Shown in pieces: positions 38,586-49,598 of a stretch of DNA of 64,000 nt. Both the position numbers and the translations under genes were made by a program. The notes under the pieces are model-generated. The model was not told the DNA's origin and made no database searches. It saw nothing but the letters and a program-made list of their open reading frames with translations. Within the stretch, counting starts at the first letter, position 1. Each line of letters begins with the position of its first letter. The stretch is from Octopus sinensis. Taxonomy: Eukaryota. Location: assembly GCF_006345805.1 (NCBI RefSeq), contig NW_021833459.1, positions 9,839-73,838 of the forward strand, written 5' to 3'.

Positions 38586-39282
38586 TTTTAAAAGATTTCA
38601 GAACGTGTAGTTATAGTAGAAATGTTTATTATTATCATCATCAATCATCAATATCGCGCCGGAAAAATAATTTGCGAAAGTTCATGTGCTGAGTTCAAAC
38701 ACTACCGATTTGAAGGTTGCATCTCAACATTACGTGGTCTATAAAATAAATTAACAGTCCAGTTCTGTGGGTCAACTTAATCAACTAAAACCCTCTCGTT
38801 AAATTGCAGGACTTCTGCCATAACTTAAAACGTTATTATGATTAGTGTTCCAGTATCTAAGTATTACGTTACTACTTTTCAAATTTGGAGTCGTTGTAAG
38901 ATGAATAATTCTACAGGTTTGATCATGAAAATAACTTTAAAAAATATTGTAGCAGTTTTAATAAGTAATATTTTGTTTCCGCTTATGTATTTTCTGCTTT
39001 ATTAAACGTAGTTTCTTTTTGTCATTTGCCCATAAAATCTGATCAAAATATTTCTGTATATCTATTTTGGTCCTTTGTTGATTCTAAATTCAATTTAATA
39101 AAAGATGTACGGGAAAGTTTAGAAGTGCCACAGGTCCTTTGTCATGTATGCCCTCTACGTTTATTGTATATGTAAAACCATATATGTAGAAAAATACATA
39201 TATACATTCATACAATCATAACTATATAGAGAAACACACACGCATATTTACATACATTCACAAAAACACACATGTATGCATG

Positions 39283-39313
<31 letters not shown>

Positions 39314-39584
39314 GCATATGTATGTATATATATTAGCCGCAAAAGCAAAGCTGCTGTGTTGGAGGCAATTCCAAAGAAAATCAACAGGAGATATATTTGT
39401 TCGTTTTCCGGTCTTTTGAGACAGATTGTGCTTAGCACATATAGTGCAAATTTAACAGCAATAGTTCGAATTATCTAATAAAATCTATATACAATTAGGT
39501 CAGTAATCGATCGATCCGGTTAGTAGTCGGAAGTCGGACATGATGTGAATATGAACTATTTTTGTATTTCTTTTTTATATCTAG

Positions 39585-39619
39585 ACGCTAGTTTAGAATG
39601 ACCATCCTCGCTGATGTAG
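39585..39619 (+). other. Candidate exon E4 (35 nt), stop codon in every frame (terminal-coding, poison or UTR exon)
   Basis: Strong acceptor TTTCTTTTTTATATCTAG and donor TAG|GTAAGA. Confidence 0.35.
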
Positions 39620-40001
39620 GTAAGAATCAGGGTAATGAGACGAACACTAATGTTTGTCCGGGTAAATTGGGAGAAAGTATTTTTGGTGGCGGTTTCATTT
39701 TAATTTGAATAAACTGTTAAAAGCAGGGTTTATAAATTTTGATTTGAAGTAGGTTTTTCTAAGTGAACTACATTTTATTGTTCTTTTGTGAATGGTCTGT
39801 ATTTGGAATTGAAATGTTTTTACAAAGGGCGGATAGAAGAAGGATAGATAGATTATCAGAAACCGATTAGTAATGTGTCGGAATATACGTTATGTTTATA
39901 GAATTATATTTCGCTAGTAATAAAAATAAGTGTCTCTCTGGTGAGGCAAATTAGTGTCACATCTTTGAAATGAACATACCGAACACCATGATATATATAT
40001 A

Positions 40002-40234
40002 CAGGGTTAGCCAAAGGTCACCTGACAGCAAATGAAAGCCATTTAATTCCAAGATTTTTGTATGCTCAAAAAGTGAAAGAATTTAATAAAAGCATCTAAA
40101 TATGAAACATCATGGAAATGGTTCAAGCTGAAGTACTTCTTGAGCGACACATTTTTCCATTCGAGTCAATACAGAATTACAGATAGCATTTACGGAATTT
40201 TGACTTACCGCCAGGTGACATTTGGCCAACCCTG
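40002..40234. mobile_element. Tc1/mariner-type MITE (23-bp TIRs)
   Basis: CAGGGTTAGCCAAAGGTCACCTG ... CAGGTGACATTTGGCCAACCCTG; TA on the left flank, TG on the right. Confidence 0.8.
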
Positions 40235-40764
40235 TGTGTGTGCACACACACACACGCACACGTGTGTGTGTGTATTAGGTTTAAAGGTGATGGAAAAACA
40301 CATTTTTTCACTTTGAAAGCATTTTTTTCCAGACACCCTGGTGAGCTGGCTGAATCAAAGTAAGCATTCTGTTCTAGCCACCTACTTTAAAATATATATT
40401 CTTTTTCTTTGTCTCTTGTTTAAATCACTTCCTTTCAGGTACACAGGTACACACACACACGCTCGTACGCATACACACACAGAGCAACATACACACTCTC
40501 TCTCACTCTCTCATTCCACTATCTACCTATTCCTCTCTCTCTTTTTCCTAACCTGTACACGCCACATTACTCCTCTTTTCATCGTCTCTCTCCATCCCAC
40601 CCAGTTCACGATTACTATGAAAAGAGACAAATCCCTTCGCAAATTTAAATCTCAAGAATCTATTAGAGTGGACGAAAGCGCTTATATGTAACATGTAAAA
40701 ATATATGACATGTTAATAAATATTTGTATATGTACAACCATCCAGATCTCTGCATACCTTATTT

Positions 40765-40806
<42 letters not shown>

Positions 40807-40922
40807 TCATGCTGTGTTGATGCATAGGACTTTAATACATGGTTAATAAAATATATCTGCACAGTGAAATGTATCGTGAAAAATGTTTATTTTATATTCA
40901 GTCATTCATGTAGAAACAATCG

Positions 40923-41010
40923 TTTCTACTATAGGCACAAGGCCTGAAAGTTTGAGTGCTTCACTGACACTTATTTTATAGACCCCGGGAGGATGAAAGG
41001 CAAGGTCAGA
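40923..41010 (-). mobile_element. SINE family B fragment, internally deleted
   Basis: TTTCTACTATAGGCACAAGGCCTGAAA..ACTTATTTTATAGACCCCGGGAGGATGAAAGGCAAGGTC. Confidence 0.7.
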
Positions 41011-41145
41011 TTAATGATAAAGTAACATTACAAACACAAGTGCATCGGTATCTGTCTCTCTATAAATCTGTCTGCCTGTCTCTATGTTTGTACAGACATA
41101 CATGGGTCTTTGGCAAGTGCGTGTCCACGTATTTATAAATGAATA

Positions 41146-41376
41146 GGCGGCGAGCTGGCAGAAAGGTTAGCCCGCCAGGCGAGATGCTTAGTGGTATTTC
41201 GTCTGCTACTACGTTCTGGGTTCAAATTCCGCCGAGGACGACCTTGCCTTTCATCCTTTCGGGGTCGATAAATTAAGTACCAGTTACGCACTGGGGCCGA
41301 TGTAATCGACTTAATCCGTTTGTCTGTCCTTGTTTGTTCCCTCTGTGTTTAGCCCCCTGTGAGTAGTAAAAAATAG
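41146..41376 (+). mobile_element. SINE family B, full length, with perfect 17-bp TSD
   Basis: TSD GTATTTATAAATGAATA at 41129-41145 and 41377-41393; A/B-box head. Confidence 0.93.
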
Positions 41377-42189
41377 GTATTTATAAATGAATAATAACTC
41401 AGTTCATTAAATTATGTAAACCTGTTAGTTGAGATGTCTGGGGATATATATATGGATACTACACTTTAAAATATTAGTACCAGAGAGAAATTTTAACATG
41501 GGATATATCTGATCCCTAAAGGAAGTGCCAAAGTCTTAGTTTTGATTAAGATTTATCTCAACTGTCCAGGAATTCATCTACACTCTTGATTTCATAACGC
41601 ACATATGATACATGCATGACCCAGATTCCATACGTCCTCATACAAATATCCTATAAATACAACTATATATAAGTATATATTTACATACAGACATAGATAC
41701 ATAAGAGATACATACACAAATAGACAGAGACAGTCAGCCAGACGAAGAGGCAGACGGTTTAACCTGCAACGGATCCGGTTATAGCTATGAGAGGCGCTTT
41801 CTGCAGCATGTCCGTCATGAGTAGTCCACTTCATCCGTGTTGAGACTTGCATCATCCGCTTGCAACACCGTTGAGGTCTTTGAGGATTGGTCACGCTTGG
41901 GAATATAGTAATGAATATTGCAAATTTATTGTGAGTAATCCTAATCAACGATAATTGCTAGTTCAGCGGCAGGATTGAGAAATGCATCACTTGTGAGTTG
42001 TTATTATTTTTTCTCTAAGAAAATATGAAGTAATATGTTAATTATAACATCGAATGTGAGTTGTAAATAGGTCATATGAGATGGTAATCATAAGTTACTG
42101 ATGTTCCATTTCATGCCACTAATATAAAAATAACATTTAATTGGAAATACATTCAATATTAGATTCTTCAAAATTAAAATTATATACTG

Positions 42190-42235
<46 letters not shown>

Positions 42236-42781
42236 AAATATACAACTAAGGGAGACAGACAGAGAAAGAGAAAGGGGAGAGGTGGTGAGGGAAAAGGGGT
42301 GAATTACCTTGGTGGAGAGATACATGGATATACAGAATAATGCAGAAACGGAGAGGGTAACAGAAATTAATAGATGGATGTTTGTTTCTATTTTCAAGAA
42401 AATTACGCCATCAATGTGTTATGAGGAATGAAGGAATACATGCCTGTTCATATATCTAATTATATATGTCTGTCTTTCTATTCAGTTAGCTATTTACCTA
42501 CTTCCCTATATATCTATCTATATATCTATCTACTATTCATTTCCTGCCTGTCTCTTCGTCTGTCTGACTGTCTCTGTGTATTTATGTATCTATCTGTGAT
42601 GTATCTATGTAAATATATACATATATATATTTATGTATATAGGACAGTGGATGTATAAAAGGTGCATATATATATACTTGTATATATGTAAATATCTCCT
42701 TTTCATATATTTTCCTCTATACAAATCTGTATATATCTGTGCGTGTGTAAATGTATATTCGTGGTTTGCATTCAATTACAG

Positions 42782-42816
42782 TCGAATAGATTCAGCTCCG
42801 GTATTTCGATTACTTC
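42782..42816 (+). CDS. Candidate host micro-exon E5 (35 nt, phase 2 to 1): RIDSAPVFRLL
   Basis: Acceptor GTTTGCATTCAATTACAG, donor TTC|GTAAGT. Confidence 0.35.
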
Positions 42817-43036
42817 GTAAGTCTGGAATGTTTGACTGAAAATGTTTGCCTCAGAAGCTAAGAACAGTCTCCACAGTTGACAGGGCGGAAATATTGCGGA
42901 AGATACACATACCTACATCTCTGTCATGATTTTGCTCTCTTGTAATGCTTGTTTTTATTACGATCACTGTATTTTCTTTTTATTAAGAGATGCTTTTTAT
43001 GGATTTATTCCCCATTTCTCCTTGATATATATATAT

Positions 43037-43070
<34 letters not shown>

Positions 43071-43631
43071 CTTAGTCTTGTCTTTCTTCACTTATTTCAT
43101 TGAATTATTTCTTTTATGTTATCTCTCTACTATTAACCATTTCAATGTTTTCGATCCATCGTATTATATTATTATCGGCCTTGTCTTTTGGCATTGAACA
43201 CAACACTTCAATCATATATTCTTGGCTCTACATGATACGCGCGCTCTTGCCTGTCTGCCTGTCTATCATTCTCGCTCGGATTATTTTATATTCAAATACT
43301 CAACACAGACACTTTCTCGATATTTACACCCAAACCTCAGAGAAAATCCTCCAGTGTATATCTGTTTCTCATCCAAGTGTGGGTCAATCAATCATTTATG
43401 ATATACATAGAGAGAAACACACACCGACTCAGACACACACATAAACACATCACACGCATTCATATAAATATGTTAGCATGTTTATTTGTATATATGTATA
43501 GATATGCGTGGGTATGTGTATATATATATATATATATATATACACATCACACACATTCATATAAATATCTGTGTATGTGTCTTTGTATATATGTATAGAC
43601 GTGTGGATATGTATGTTTATATATATATATA

Positions 43632-44545
43632 TATAAAAATTATTTGAGACAACAACCACTATGCAAAACAAACAAGGAAAGACTTAATCAATACATAATT
43701 TAATAAATAGTCAAAAACCGCCACTACATCGTTCTTGTCTGATCGACATCGGTGGACTTCATCTTCATCCTAAAACCTCCACTTCTCCAATTCTCATCTT
43801 CAGACCCCTAGCATTAGGTTGGCAATTGGTTGGTAGGTTGCTGGTATAGTTACATGGCTTGCTGCCCATGTCAATTTCTGACTGATGATAACTAATCATG
43901 TTCTTTCGGGACCCCTAGGGTTAGAGTTTTTTTTCTTTATTGTAATCAGCAGAGAAATGACTTGCAACTGCTGCGATAATTATAACTGGTAATTGAACGG
44001 TAAATCTGTATTTTTATATCCTTGGACTTGCCACCTCAATGTTTTTTGTCAAGAGTTTCACCTCCAGCCGTTCATTCAGTCAGTCTGTTGACTGACATAA
44101 CGAACGGCTGGAGGTGAAACTCTTGACAAAAACATTGAGGTGGCAGTCAAGGTATAAAAATACAGATTTACCGTTCATTACCAGTTAATAATTATCGCAG
44201 CAGTTGCAATTCATTTCTCTGCTGATTCAACAATAAAGAAAAAAAAAAAACTCTAACCTAGGGGTCCCGAAAGAACATGATTAGTTATCATCAGTCAGTT
44301 GAACCTGGGCAGCATGAACACTTACCAGCCAACCTACAACCAACTTGCCAACCTAATTAGAGGGTCTGAAGATGATGAATGGAGAAGTGGAGGGTTTGGA
44401 TGAAGATTGAAGTCCACCTGAAGATTGTCGATCAAGACAAGAAACGATTGTAGTGGCGGTTTTTTTGACTATTTAGTAAATTTTATGTATTGATTAATCT
44501 TTGTTTTGCAAAATAGTGGTTTTGTCTCAATAATATTTTAATATT
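43632..44545. repeat. ~455-bp-arm palindrome with a 4-nt loop (Penelope pLTR-type sequence; possibly a foldback assembly artefact)
   Basis: Centre GTCAGTC-TGTT-GACTGAC at 44079-44096. The arms are reverse complements that differ mostly by small indels. Confidence 0.92.
44414..44456 (+). ncRNA. Minimal type-I hammerhead ribozyme with intact core
   Basis: Stem I CCAC/GUGG, CUGAAGA, stem II UUGUC-gaucaa-GACAA, GAAA, stem III C-gauu-GU, cleavage triplet GUA. Confidence 0.75.
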
Positions 44546-44845
44546 TTACTATAATTGGATTTAATCCTAAATCTGATCCCTGTAAATTTGGATATATTCC
44601 CTAATAGTTTATTATTATATATATATCTATATATATATATATATATATATATAATATGTGTGTGTGTGTGTGTTTACATATACTTGTGTGTGTTCGTGTT
44701 TGTATTCCGGTGTAAATAGCATAGCAGTTAAAACAGCAGTTCATACTACGCATAAACCGCCAAGTTTCACTTCAAATACGTGAGACCTTGCGCTTGAAAT
44801 AGCTTATTCATTCATACAGTGTCTATTCCTTTGTACTAATAATTT

Positions 44846-44876
<31 letters not shown>

Positions 44877-45299
44877 AGAAAACACACGTAATATCTTCTG
44901 GGTAATATCCTCACAACTTGCAATTCAAAAGTCTTATATGGTTGTCGGGTACCATAAGCCTTCATCCAAGATGTTTACGCTTTTATTGGATACATATGAA
45001 GAAATACATTAGCGTACGCAGATTTAATTTGAAAGCTTATTGTGATATATAAAATAAGACGGAATGAGCAAGCATTAATTACAACCCACATCAACTTCAT
45101 CTGTGCACTGGTAATTGCTATTAGATGCTGAGTTTCCATATCATGCTATTATATAAACATTACATGAATTACTGTGATCAAGTAGTGGCTAGGCATACCA
45201 CACGCACTTCCTCGGGCGAGTGGCCTTGAAGAGAATCACGCCCACTTACCGGTTATGGGATTCGGAACTGGAAGTGACTAGCGGTGCTTTCAAAGCTAC

Positions 45300-45322
45300 T
45301 CTCCTGATGACGTACGTAGAGA
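45300..45322 (+). ncRNA. Hammerhead remnant lacking stem II
   Basis: TCTC-CTGATGA-CGTACGTA-GAGA retains stem I, the core 5' strand and a palindromic stem III with GUA; stem II and GAA are missing. Confidence 0.35.
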
Positions 45323-45640
45323 CAGTTACTGCTCGATCACATTTATTTAGATAAAACCATCCAGATTTCTGAGTACCTTTTTTCTTGTAATATATAATAC
45401 ATGTACATCATCTCCAAACCTTCTAATACACTTATATGTATGTATACATTTTCAATATGTACGAATAAGAAGGATAAAAGAAATAAATAGTTACCAGTGT
45501 AGCAATAATTCACATAAATGCCAAAGATATTACAGCCCACTTGTAAAGGTAGATATTCCAGGCTTAATTAAAATGTTTTTGTATAACATGGATAAATTAA
45601 GAAATGGAGTCGAACGCAGATGTTATTCAAATTATTTATA

Positions 45641-45729
45641 CTTCCAATATATGTTTCGTAAAAAAACATTGAGATTATTCCGGAGGGAATAAAATGATGT
45701 AAAACAATGCAGTCATATCGTCAGGGAAG
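45641..45729 (-). ncRNA. Type-I hammerhead motif with long, decayed stem II
   Basis: CUUCC-CUGACGA-...-GAAA-C AUAU AUU-GGAAG; 5-bp stem I. Confidence 0.55.
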
Positions 45730-45949
45730 GAAAAAGGGATAAAACACATCACTAAGCTAATTTTAACCGTTTGTGATTACCTCGTACGTAAGTATATGAC
45801 GTAAGGAGAATGCTAGCAAGTTATTAAAAAAGCGCCAATAGATTTAACGTCCAAGCTAAATGAGACCGTGAGAAGGAGGAGAAAGAAAGAAATTAACAGA
45901 CAATTAAGAGTTGAAATATATATATGTGTGTGTGTGTGTGTGTATAATG

Positions 45950-45983
<34 letters not shown>

Positions 45984-46349
45984 GTGATAGATGAATAGCA
46001 ATAAAGCATAAAAGCGTCGAAATAGATATATGTAGTGGAAATGAAATATAAGAAGTCAGTCAGAAGTCGAATATCAATTCACACCGAATTAGGATGGGTT
46101 CTTCAAACACCAAAAACTTATCACAAATCATTTCTTCACATAGCCATAAATTTTTAACTACGAATCCACTTAATGAAAATAATAACGGTGTTATTATTGT
46201 CGGTAACCATTCATTTGAACAATTATATCAGCAGTATTAATATTTCTGATATATATTCGAATCGAATTCGTTTCCTTAGCAGGACTAGAAACTCTGTTTG
46301 TCAATGTGCAATTACATCCAGTTCTGTTGTCATTTATATATAGGTAGCC

Positions 46350-46615
46350 CCTCGTCCCAGTTTTCGAAAATGATATTTAACCATTATTATATATATAGAC
46401 ATATCAGAAACAGCATCAATACTGGGCATAGTAAATCAATTTGGTCTCTAAAGGAACATATGCTTTGGAATGGAAAATTCTATCTAGGTCTTTCCCATAT
46501 GACACAGGTAAATCTGTAACGAAGAGCTATGTTTCATCCTTTTCTCGACGAATACTCTTGTAAACGCGTTTATCGTTGTAAACAATGACAAAAGCATAAT
46601 TTTAGTTCCAATAAA
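46350..46615 (+). pseudogene. PLE GIY-YIG endonuclease C-terminal remnant
   Basis: NHYY..RHIRNSINTGHSKSIWSLKE, then frameshifted WKILSRSFPYDTGK..CNEELCFILFSTNTLVN..QKHNFSSNK*. Matches the PLE pattern LSK.IW.LK...W.IL...C.LC.EE. Confidence 0.65.
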
Positions 46616-46908
46616 TAATTTATACCAATCTATAAAATTCGACCCTATCTTTCTTCTTACATTTCATTTCCATTGCATATATCTATTTGCACGCTGTTAA
46701 ACTTTATTCCTATTCATCTATCACATTATATTTTTCCATTCCTAATTTCTTTCTTTCACTTCCTTCTCTTTCTCTAATTTACCTTTGACGTTAAATCTAT
46801 TAACGGCTTCTTAAATAAACTTGCTAGCGTTCTCCTGACAACACATGCTTACGTACGCAGTAATCACATTCTGTTAAAATAGCTTATTGACGTGTTTTGT
46901 TCCTTTAT

Positions 46909-46988
46909 ATCCCTGATGAGTTATTTGTATTGTTTTACATTTTCCCCCCGGAATAATTTCAATGGTTTTTCAAAACATATGTTGGAAG
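46909..46988 (+). ncRNA. Type-I hammerhead motif (GAAA changed to AAAA)
   Basis: UCC-CUGAUGA-...-AAAA-C AUAU GUU-GGAAG; palindromic stem III AACAUAUGUU. Confidence 0.5.
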
Positions 46989-47185
46989 TATACATGATTT
47001 GAACAACATATGTGTTTGACTCCATTTCTTAATTAATCCATATATATATATATGCAACTAGTTACGTATGTATGTATGTATATATATATATATATGCCTG
47101 TGTATATTTATGTGTGTATATGCATATTATATATATATGTACATGTATCTGTGTATGCATATACATATGTATGTATTGCATATAT

Positions 47186-47271
<86 letters not shown>

Positions 47272-49004
47272 ACGATTATATGTATGTATATTGTGCGCTT
47301 CCTTCCATATATATTTTGAATATACATATTTTATTATTTACACGGATTTAAATTATTTTCGAAAATTTTATAACTCGAATGCAAATTAGCAAGTTCGAAG
47401 TCTACTACATTTCACGGATTTGATATCACTGCAGTTAAAATTAATGAATTGAAGAAAGTAATCTTTCAAACTTGTAAATGCTGAAGCTAATTACTTAGAT
47501 AAGCGATTTATATCTCATCTTTGTGAACCCCAAAACAATCAGCTAAAACATTCACAAAAATACAGACATGCTCTGATATACATACAACACGACCGTTGTA
47601 GTTCAAGAATACAAAAAACATTTGATGTACATCATTTATAAATGCACAAACTAAAAATACCCACTGATAATGTTTAAATATCCGTGTGTGTGCTCACGGA
47701 CACACACACACATTCATATATATATATATCTTGGTGGTGATATATATGTCGTGATAAATAATAAATTCTCGTATGTTCCATTCTTTCATATATATATATA
47801 TATATATATATTTGGGTGGTGGCATATATGCATACATATGAACATGTAGACGCATTAAATGTGTATATATGAAAATGTGTGCTTGTGACAGACAATGTTT
47901 TTGCTTGGATCTATAGATAATAACCTATTGTCGTCTATGTCAGTATTACGTTTCTTTTAATATAATTTATTAGTTCATACTCTGCAATGCTGTACTAGGA
48001 AAAGTATTCTCCAGAGGGATCTCGTTATTCACTGATACGTTATTATTTACGACCATATTGGTTTCCACATTACTACATTTTACTGTTTAAGATGTAGCAG
48101 AGTGGTAAAAATGAAAAGGCGAAAAGAAAAAACAACTGAAGCTATAGTATCTGAGACATTCGAGAGAAATGATGATCTATAATAACATCGAATACAGCTG
48201 TTTTATTATATTCCTGTTGTTCCTAAAATCAACGATCTGAAATAATTAAAACATATTATTCTGTGTGTACGCACACACACATACCTCTCTCTATATATAT
48301 ATATTAGAAGTGTAGTCGTAGGTGAAAGTTTCTCCAACCTTCTCCAATGAATTTAACCGCGTAGTTACTGAAAATATCCACACAAATTATTGGAATATAT
48401 GATAACTGAAAGTAGATCCAAAATTTGGGAATGAAAAAGTTATAATTATAGAGTATACGTCAGGTAGTCTTGAGTAGCTGCCTGTCTTCTAAACCAGCAA
48501 TATCACTAAATAGATAGATGCTCAACCGTATATGATCGATTTCGGAGTATTGTAGAAGTGTACATCTAGTCAAATGCACGCACGCGTACATACACACACA
48601 CACACACGCATGCACTAAAATACCTACACAGAAAAAAAGGAACAAACGCTCATATATAACAGGGAACTATGGACTTCATGCAGTTAATATTCATGCAGGT
48701 ATATTAGGTTCGTCGTTTCCAGCACACTGATTTTACACATTTGCACATTTTCTAAAGATAAAAGATGCATATCTGAAAGTGCATAAAGAAGTAGAAGTGT
48801 CAGGAATGCAATCGAAACATTTAGTATTGTAAACTAGAACAACAAGTTAACGGAAGGAGAGTAAGTGATACGTTACCCTGAGAAATTATATAATCATAAT
48901 CAAAGTTGTGGCGTAGAATATCGTTCAATCATTGTTGAGAATAAATACAGAAGAAAAAATTGAATTAGTATGTCAGATAAAGATCGTTGAAAAAGAAAAT
49001 GACT

Positions 49005-49210
49005 AGGCTGCGAAATCTACAGTTAGCCTATCCAGATTACAAAATCATGTTTATACTTGTAATTATTAGGGCACTGAGATACGTAACACACTGCTTAAAT
49101 ACCGATCTAGGACAAATAATCTTCTCAAAAACAGAAAGGAGAAAGCTGCTTCTAAGATTACAGATCCACGCCATTACTGGAACTGTAAACATTTCAAAAT
49201 CTTTCTAGAA
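49005..49210 (+). mobile_element. REL-type (R4/Dong-like) LINE extreme 3' fragment
   Basis: LRNLQLAYPDYKIMFILVIIRALRYVTHCLN..LQIHAITGTVNISKSF, paralogous to 50540-50745. Confidence 0.7.
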
Positions 49211-49249
49211 AATACAGTTCTATATTTCAGAGATGATGAATTATGTACC

Positions 49250-49396
49250 TTATTTACATTAATTGCCTTTGACGGATATTTGTTCTCATCCTGTTTCTTG
49301 TTAACACAACATTTTGGCTGATATATCCTCCAGCCTTCATCGGGTGTCTTAGGAATAGGGAACTCATTTTCAAAATTTTCCCAAGGTATTTTTCGA

Positions 49397-49445
<49 letters not shown>

Positions 49446-49489
49446 GTTATTATCATTATTATTATTCAGGTTACTGCCAAGAATCGAAC
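49250..49489 (-). mobile_element. SINE family D, 5'-truncated at the B box, with hammerhead tail
   Basis: Minus strand: GTTCGATTCTTGGCAGTAACCTGAAT(AAT)n..CGAAAAATACC..GACACCCGATGAAGGCTGGAGGATATATCAGCCAAAATGTTGTGTTAAC..AAATATCCGTCAAA. Confidence 0.8.
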
Positions 49490-49564
49490 GGGCATATGGC
49501 GTAGTGGTTAAGAGCGCAGGCTACTAACCCCAAGATTCCGAGTTCGATACCAGGCAGCGACCTA

Positions 49565-49598
<34 letters not shown>

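Larger units (their letters stand above)
45585..47040 (+). mobile_element. Penelope-like element: inverted pseudo-LTR copy (45585-46075, minus), GIY-YIG C-terminus and 3' pseudo-LTR (46630-47040, plus)
   Basis: Diverged ~450-bp inverted arms, e.g. GACGTTAAATCTATT..AACTTGCTAGC.TTCTCC and CTATTCATCTATCACATTATA in both; a hammerhead motif in each arm. Confidence 0.75.

Noticed and set aside
44079-44096. Sequencing adapter at the palindrome centre
   Set aside because: No PacBio SMRTbell-like sequence is visible. This does not exclude a foldback chimera.
44725-44779. Phase-compatible exon after E5 (PVKTAVHTTHKPPSFTSN)
   Set aside because: Poor acceptor, and the sequence resembles a decayed SINE head.
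45250-45303. 54-nt minus-strand exon with G|GTAAGT donor
   Set aside because: It lies in an island better explained as a PLE pLTR remnant on the opposite strand, and no partner exons were established.
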